Shown: positions 59,159-64,000 of the stretch, piece after piece
Position numbering within the stretch: the stretch's first letter is position 1
Layout of the letters: each line of letters starts with the position of its first letter
Source: Veillonella parvula
GTDB taxonomy: Bacteria > Bacillota > Negativicutes > Veillonellales > Veillonellaceae
Assembly (NCBI RefSeq): GCF_048309325.1
Contig: NZ_DBFBTX010000002.1
Span: 42,478-106,477, forward strand
Reading direction: 5' to 3'
DNA: 64,000 nt
Notes under the pieces: model-generated
What the model was told of the DNA's origin: nothing
What the model saw: the letters and a program-made list of their open reading frames with translations, nothing else
The model's database searches: none
Made by a program: the position numbers and the translations under genes

Positions 59159-59225
59159 AAAACAGGAATACTTTTTTCGAGCCGACTTAGCTTGCTTTGG
59201 AGGCGAAAAGAAAGTATTCCTGTTT
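59159..59225 (-). terminator. Hairpin element E4, placed as the metF terminator
   Basis: aaacaggaat-acttttttc [gagccgacttagcttgctttggaggcg] aaaagaaagt-attcctgttt. On the minus strand the stem is followed by TTTTATTT, 10 nt after the metF stop. Confidence 0.65.
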
Positions 59226-59234
59226 GCATACGTA

Positions 59235-60095
59235 TTATACGTGGTCAATAATATATAATGTTGTATCGATATCATTTAAAGGCATAATATGTACGCCTGC
59301 TGCCATTTTCTTGATTTGTTCAAGTGTTTCGATTGCGATTTCTGTACCCGCTTCTTTACCACCTTTTTCCATGCGGTCCAAGATTTCTTGAGTAAGATTG
59401 ATTCCAGGCACTTTTTCATGGAGGTATGTAGCCATTTTAAAGCTTTTAAGTGGAATCAAACCTAGCATGATAGGTACATCGAATTCAGACATCTTGTCAA
59501 TGTAGTGTTTTGCCTGTTCTAAATCGTAAATTGGTTGTGTTTGTACAAAGTGAGCGCCATTTTGAATTTTAGCAGCTAATTTTTGGCGTTCAATCTCTAA
59601 ATCTGGAGCACCAGGATTACCAGTGGCACCGATGTAGAAGTTTGTAGGTGCGTCTAGGTCATTACCTGCAAGGTCTTTGCCTGCATTTAATGTCTTAGCG
59701 ATGTTGAGTAGTCCCATACAGTCGACTTCAAATACGGATTGTGCAAATGGATGGTCCCCATTATCTGGTTTATCACCAGTGAGAGTTAAAATATTATGCA
59801 CGCCCAACGCTGCTGCACCGAGTAATTCAGATTGCAATCCGATAATATTACGGTCGCGGCATGTAAGGTGGAAAATAGTTTCAATTTCTTTGTTATGTTG
59901 TAACAAATAAGAAAGAGAAATTGGGCTCATGCGCATTTTGGACATAGGGCTATCAGCGATGTTGATAGCATCCACCTTCCCTTTCAAACGGGCTGCTTGT
60001 TCGAAGGTCTTTTCTGCAGAACTGCTTTTAGGAGGATCCAATTCAACAGTAATGGTGAACTGCCCTTGTTGATGTTTTTCTCTTAATGTCATCAT
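59235..60095 (-). CDS. metF: Methylenetetrahydrofolate reductase
   Basis: 286 aa. FTITVELDPPKSS, HLTCRD, ILTLTGD and the MTHFR pattern. Confidence 0.85.
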   Translation of the reverse strand: MMTLREKHQQGQFTITVELDPPKSSSAEKTFEQAARLKGKVDAINIADSPMSKMRMSPISLSYLLQHNKEIETIFHLTCRDRNIIGLQSELLGAAALGVHNILTLTGDKPDNGDHPFAQSVFEVDCMGLLNIAKTLNAGKDLAGNDLDAPTNFYIGATGNPGAPDLEIERQKLAAKIQNGAHFVQTQPIYDLEQAKHYIDKMSEFDVPIMLGLIPLKSFKMATYLHEKVPGINLTQEILDRMEKGGKEAGTEIAIETLEQIKKMAAGVHIMPLNDIDTTLYIIDHV

Positions 60096-60113
60096 GTACC
60101 TCGTTACTATACA

Positions 60114-62555
60114 TTATTTTTCTAGTGTTTCAAAGAAATCGTTAGCATGGTTAACAGCAGCGATACCGTCCTTAGCGTAGATATCTGCACCTGCTTGGTC
60201 TGCGTAGTCTTGAGATACTACGGCGCCACCAACCATGACCTTAGTTTTAAGGCCTGCTGCACGGATAGCAGCGATAGTATTGTCGATTTGTGGCATGGTA
60301 GTCGTCATCAAGGAACAGATGCCAACGAGGGCAGCTTTGTTATCTTTAATGGCTTGTACGATAACTTCTGGGTCAACGTCCTTACCAAGGTCGACGATTT
60401 TGTAACCATTGTTTTCGAGCAATGCTGCTACGATATTTTTACCTAAATCGTGAATGTCGCCTTTAACTGTAGCTACGACAACGGTGCCTTTATCTAAGCT
60501 TTCACTAGCAGGAATAATTTCTTTAATGGTGTTGAAAGCAGCCTGCATTGTTTCAGCAGCAAGCATTACTTGTGGTAAGAATAACTTACCAGAACCAAAC
60601 TTATCCCCCACTACGTTCATCGCTTCAGATAAGCCTTTTTTCGTAAGATCTAATGGATCGATACCATCTGCTAAGGCTTTTTTTACAAGATCAATGATAG
60701 CTTCTTTTTCGCCTTGTTCTACACATGCGCGAATATTGGCTAAAGGATCATTACTATCGAAGGATTTTTTATCTGGCCCTTTAGGAGCAGTGTTACCAGG
60801 AGCGGTAGTTTCGTCTTCATAGCCGTATTCTTTAATAAATTCAGCAGAACCTGGGTCCCAGCCTAGTAAGGTAGTACTAGATACAAATGCTTTTTTGGCT
60901 GGATAATTGAGTGGATTCATAATCGGTGTTGTTAAGCCACATGCGAGGGCCATTGTTAAGAATTGGCCGTTCAAATATGGACGCTGAGGCATACCGAAGG
61001 AGATATTGGACAAGCCCATTACTGTTGGGAAGCCAAATTTTTCTTTATATAACTGTAGCGTACGCAATGTTTGGCGTGCACTATCTTCACCACTGGCAAG
61101 TGTTAATACTAATGGATCGAGTAATAAATCATGTGGGTGAAGACCATAACCGTAAGCGCGATTTACGATGCTTTCAGCTAAAGCAACGCGGTCCTCTGCT
61201 TTTTCAGGTAAGTCACCACTACAGATTGGCAAGCAAAGCAATGCTGCACCATACCGTTTAGCCAAAGGCATTACGTGAGTAATAGACTCCTCCTCCCCAT
61301 TTACAGAGTTAATGAGGGCACGGCCTGGATAGTTTTTAAGAGCTATTTCCATAGCTGCTGGGTCTAATGTATCAATGGATAAAGGTGTTTCCACGAGCAT
61401 GGATAACTCGAAAATGGCACGTTCCATTAAGGGCGATTGATCCATGCCAGCTACGCCCATGTTTACATCGAGGATATCTGCGCCAGCTTCTACTTGATCC
61501 AACGCATCACGTTTAACACGGATGAAAGAGCCATCGCGTAATTCTTGAGCAAGGACTTTACGGCCAGTTGGGTTAATACGTTCGCCAATGATAAGTGGTT
61601 TTGTATGATGGCCCAACTCTAAAAGTTTAGTACGGCTTGTAATAATTGTTTTAGGTGCAATGTGGGCACGTTCTTTTGGGGTGTGCGCTTTCACAGCATT
61701 GGAAATAGATTGAATATGAGCTGGTGTTGTACCACAGCAGCCACCAACATAACTAGCCCCTGCATCAACGATAGCAAGCATTAATGGACCCATTTCTTCT
61801 GCTGTGAGTGGGAATACAGTTTGTTTATTAATTAGTTGAGGCATACCAGCATTTGGCTGACAGCTTATTGGTAAATTTGTAACGCTTGCAATCTCTTCGA
61901 TAAGTGGTGTGATTTGCTCAGGTCCAAGGGAACAGTTGATACCAATGATATCTGCACCCATAGCTTCTACGATAGTAGTTGCTACTGCTGGTGGTGTACC
62001 TGTAATAGTACGACCGTCTTCACTAAAAGAAAATTGACAGATGATTTGTACATCATCTTTTGTCTTCCCTGCTGCTTCACGAGCATCTAAAGAGGCTAAT
62101 AAAGCGGCACGCATTTCTTGTACGTCGATGATAGTTTCAATGATAATAAAATCAACGCCACCTTCGATTAATGCTTCGGCTTGTTCACGATATGTATCAT
62201 AGATAGAGTCAAAGCTCATATTGCCTAATGGTTGTAAAAAACGGCCTGTAGGACCCATAGAACCTGCTACACGAGCAGTTGGTTTATTCTCTGCAATGGC
62301 TTCTTTTGCTACCTTCACAGCTGCAATATTGATTTCTCTTACGCGATCCTGTAAATCATAATCTTCTAATTTAAGACCACAAGCACCGAATGTATTGGTA
62401 GTGATTACATCACTGCCATGAAGTAAATATTGTGCATGAATATCCTTTACTACTTCTGGTCTTTCAATATTAAATAGCTCTGGACAATAGCCCTCTTCTA
62501 AGCCTGCCGCTTGAAGCATTGTGCCCATAGCACCGTCAAATATATACATAAACAT
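60114..62555 (-). CDS. metH: Cobalamin-dependent methionine synthase core (Hcy S-methyltransferase, pterin-binding and B12-binding domains; no activation domain)
   Basis: 813 aa. GAMGTMLQ, GGCCGTTPAHI, the pterin-binding region and the B12 motif GDIHDLGKNIV. The start may be ATG 62549 (MYIFDG) rather than 62555. Confidence 0.9.
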   Translation of the reverse strand: MFMYIFDGAMGTMLQAAGLEEGYCPELFNIERPEVVKDIHAQYLLHGSDVITTNTFGACGLKLEDYDLQDRVREINIAAVKVAKEAIAENKPTARVAGSMGPTGRFLQPLGNMSFDSIYDTYREQAEALIEGGVDFIIIETIIDVQEMRAALLASLDAREAAGKTKDDVQIICQFSFSEDGRTITGTPPAVATTIVEAMGADIIGINCSLGPEQITPLIEEIASVTNLPISCQPNAGMPQLINKQTVFPLTAEEMGPLMLAIVDAGASYVGGCCGTTPAHIQSISNAVKAHTPKERAHIAPKTIITSRTKLLELGHHTKPLIIGERINPTGRKVLAQELRDGSFIRVKRDALDQVEAGADILDVNMGVAGMDQSPLMERAIFELSMLVETPLSIDTLDPAAMEIALKNYPGRALINSVNGEEESITHVMPLAKRYGAALLCLPICSGDLPEKAEDRVALAESIVNRAYGYGLHPHDLLLDPLVLTLASGEDSARQTLRTLQLYKEKFGFPTVMGLSNISFGMPQRPYLNGQFLTMALACGLTTPIMNPLNYPAKKAFVSSTTLLGWDPGSAEFIKEYGYEDETTAPGNTAPKGPDKKSFDSNDPLANIRACVEQGEKEAIIDLVKKALADGIDPLDLTKKGLSEAMNVVGDKFGSGKLFLPQVMLAAETMQAAFNTIKEIIPASESLDKGTVVVATVKGDIHDLGKNIVAALLENNGYKIVDLGKDVDPEVIVQAIKDNKAALVGICSLMTTTMPQIDNTIAAIRAAGLKTKVMVGGAVVSQDYADQAGADIYAKDGIAAVNHANDFFETLEK

Positions 62556-62580
62556 CTTCCTTTAACATCCTAAATTACAA

Positions 62581-62596
62581 TGTTTCACGTGAAACA
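62581..62596. promoter_or_regulatory. parS site (perfect TGTTTCACGTGAAACA)
   Basis: Exact 16-bp palindrome matching the Firmicute Spo0J/ParB consensus TGTTNCACGTGAAACA. It fills the 41-bp spacer between the activation-domain gene and metH. Confidence 0.85.
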
Positions 62597-63364
62597 CTAT
62601 TGTATTGGTTGCCCCTTCATGGCAATACCAGAAATGTCGGCAGTAGTTTTACTACCTGCCTCTTCTCCCCCATCTTGGGTGTTGACTGTTGCTTTCTCTG
62701 GTAATTTTCGAGATGCACAGTTTTGTTGTGAACAAGATGTACAGCCTCGTTTAGTTTTAATATCTTCGTTTGCTGGCATTAAACCGATGATAGCCGTTAC
62801 AGACTTACGTGGGAATAATAAATAGTTCTCTGTTACTTGTAAGCCAATCATCTCTGTTTTGATGATTTTAGCTAATTGTGGTTGGATTTCTAGTGGCCAG
62901 TTGCCATAACCAGGGCTAAAACGCCAAGTTGGCTTATAGCCTTGTTTTTTAGCAATTGTATTGATTACTTCGTTTACCTGATCAGCTACCTGTTCTACAG
63001 CAGTTGTGGCTGCTGCATCAAGTAATAAGCCTACCGTATAGTTACCTTGTTTAAATAATTGCTCACTACGAATTTCTACATCTTCTCCAACTGTTACACC
63101 TAATACGTATACTTTAGTAGATTTTTCTAGATGTTTTTCAATGATAGACCCTTCAATTTTAAGCGGTGGATTGCTTAAAATTGTTTTTGTTTCTGCATCG
63201 TAATCATATTCTTGATATACACCCCTAGGTGTAGCCAATAATTGGATTTCCTTACATGCTTCGTCAACATAGTTTTGTGGGAAATCTTCAGCGTGACGAA
63301 GTCCTGCGTATCGTTTTACTTCTGCTTTATCGATGGCAGGAAGCATTCCGTTATAGATGGGCAT
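62597..63364 (-). CDS. Stand-alone methionine synthase activation (reactivation) domain protein with C-terminal Cys cluster
   Basis: 255 aa. Its position upstream of metH and the Met_synt_B12-like pattern (EVKRYAGL..., WRFSPGYGNWPL) support the call. The tail reads CTSCSQQNC. Confidence 0.7.
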   Translation of the reverse strand: MPIYNGMLPAIDKAEVKRYAGLRHAEDFPQNYVDEACKEIQLLATPRGVYQEYDYDAETKTILSNPPLKIEGSIIEKHLEKSTKVYVLGVTVGEDVEIRSEQLFKQGNYTVGLLLDAAATTAVEQVADQVNEVINTIAKKQGYKPTWRFSPGYGNWPLEIQPQLAKIIKTEMIGLQVTENYLLFPRKSVTAIIGLMPANEDIKTKRGCTSCSQQNCASRKLPEKATVNTQDGGEEAGSKTTADISGIAMKGQPIQ

Positions 63365-63380
63365 AGAAACGCCTCCTCTT

Positions 63381-63411
63381 CAAAATAAAAAGCTCTGCGT
63401 GTCCGTAGAGC
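63381..63411 (-). terminator. Leader terminator/attenuator upstream of the met operon
   Basis: On the minus strand, gctctacg-gaca-cgcagagc is followed by TTTTTATTTT, ending about 10 nt before the GAGGAGG Shine-Dalgarno. Confidence 0.6.
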
Positions 63412-63503
63412 GTGTGCTTACTGTTATTAATTGTATATATAAATCTTATAAAGTGATTTTTCTAGACTCTTAAGATTATCAATCTAATTACTATCTAACT
63501 AAT

Positions 63504-63532
63504 AGTATATAGATATGAATAATACCTGTCAA
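63504..63532 (-). promoter_or_regulatory. Putative met operon promoter TTGACA-17-TATACT (minus strand)
   Basis: Reverse complement of 63527-63532 is TTGACA and of 63504-63509 is TATACT. Confidence 0.5.
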
Positions 63533-63660
63533 AGTATATGGGGCCTGTATTCTCATATAATTTAGTAGTATATAGATATAGTTTAAAGTTATATCAAAAT
63601 GATTTTTGTTCATAAAAGTTATTGGTGATGAAGGTTTTATATGTTTAATGTTAACCATAA

Positions 63661-63676
63661 TGTTTCACGTGAAACA
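63661..63676. promoter_or_regulatory. parS site (perfect TGTTTCACGTGAAACA)
   Basis: Exact 16-mer in an AT-rich non-coding region. Confidence 0.85.
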
Positions 63677-63959
63677 ATTTATTAAATATAATCTAATAAT
63701 TTGTTATGAGTATATAAGTATATTAATATTAGTTCATTACATTTCGTATATTATTGTTATATATAATGTTACCGATCAAAAGTTGATTACTTTATACCTT
63801 TTGCTAATGGTGTTGTTCTATAAATAAAAAAGATGATATAAAATAATTTTGTGTATATTTGTCTATAGGTATAGATTTATATTAATATGATAATTTTTTA
63901 CTGTAAAATTTTTTATTAATTTTACAACTTAATTTTTGCGTTAGATTTAAATCCTTAAA

Positions 63960-63975
63960 TGTTTCACGTGAAACA
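63960..63975. promoter_or_regulatory. parS site (perfect TGTTTCACGTGAAACA)
   Basis: Exact 16-mer in an AT-rich non-coding region. Confidence 0.85.
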
Positions 63976-64000
63976 TTTAATCGTAAAACTTATAAAACAT

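Noticed and set aside
59262-59290. Similarity between the 28-nt direct repeats (TTAAATGATATCGTTTACAAC) and the metF 3' coding end (TTAAATGATATCGATACAAC on the minus strand)
   Set aside because: The shared part is centred on the GATATC palindrome, so matches arise in both orientations. It is too short to claim a gene-fragment duplication.
62580-62825. ORFs starting MFHVKH / containing MFHVKQ (62580-62825 and 63606-63827)
   Set aside because: The ATG-TTT-CAC-GTG-AAA-CA reading comes from the parS palindrome itself. One ORF is antisense to a good CDS, and the other lies in AT-rich non-coding DNA with implausible composition.
63365-63500. S-box (SAM-I) riboswitch or Met T-box in the met leader
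   Set aside because: I could not find the conserved S-box core or the T-box 14-mer. The leader is too short and AT-rich for either. I kept it only as an unclassified attenuator.

Overview
This is a low-GC bacterial chromosome segment that spans the replication origin. It looks like a diderm Firmicute (Negativicutes, Veillonella-like). The origin synteny is Firmicute-type: gyrB-remB-DUF721-recF-S4-dnaN-dnaA | oriC | rpmH-rnpA-yidD-yidC-jag-mnmE-mnmG-rsmG. This coexists with outer-membrane biology: YadA-type trimeric autotransporters (one with an SLH domain), an LPS/O-antigen locus and an RND pump. Layout, left to right: (1) 1-9.6 kb is an adhesin island with three trimeric autotransporters and a visibly GC-richer, passenger-less inverse-autotransporter-like barrel. 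The first adhesin (1-3514, minus) is missing from the ORF track because it runs off the window. (2) 9.76-10.09 kb is a candidate type I toxin-antitoxin micro-locus. (3) 10.6-32.3 kb is a minus-strand LPS locus. It holds an acyltransferase, Wzy/Wzx, glycosyltransferases, two LicD genes, a cytidylyltransferase-oxidoreductase fusion, a class V aminotransferase, Glf, an initiating phosphotransferase, an O-antigen ligase, DUF535 and two LtaS-like paralogs. (4) 32.5-43.3 kb holds a lysine-repeat protein, a methyltransferase, a CNNM/TlyC protein, an RND pair, YbjQ and an amino-acid permease. (5) 43.3-58.8 kb is the origin region, with a bipartite DnaA-box oriC and a DnaA-trio-like element. (6) 59.2-63.4 kb is a metF / split-metH operon, followed by three perfect parS sites. 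I saw no rRNA, tRNA, CRISPR array, transposase, integrase or recognisable defence genes. The most unusual signal is a non-coding hairpin family with a conserved ~28-nt core, a conserved stem base and copy-specific, compensatorily paired stem interiors. Three copies sit inside nested palindromes in the dnaA-rpmH spacer, and more copies lie downstream of rsmG. All coordinates of non-ORF features were read by eye and may be off by a few nt.
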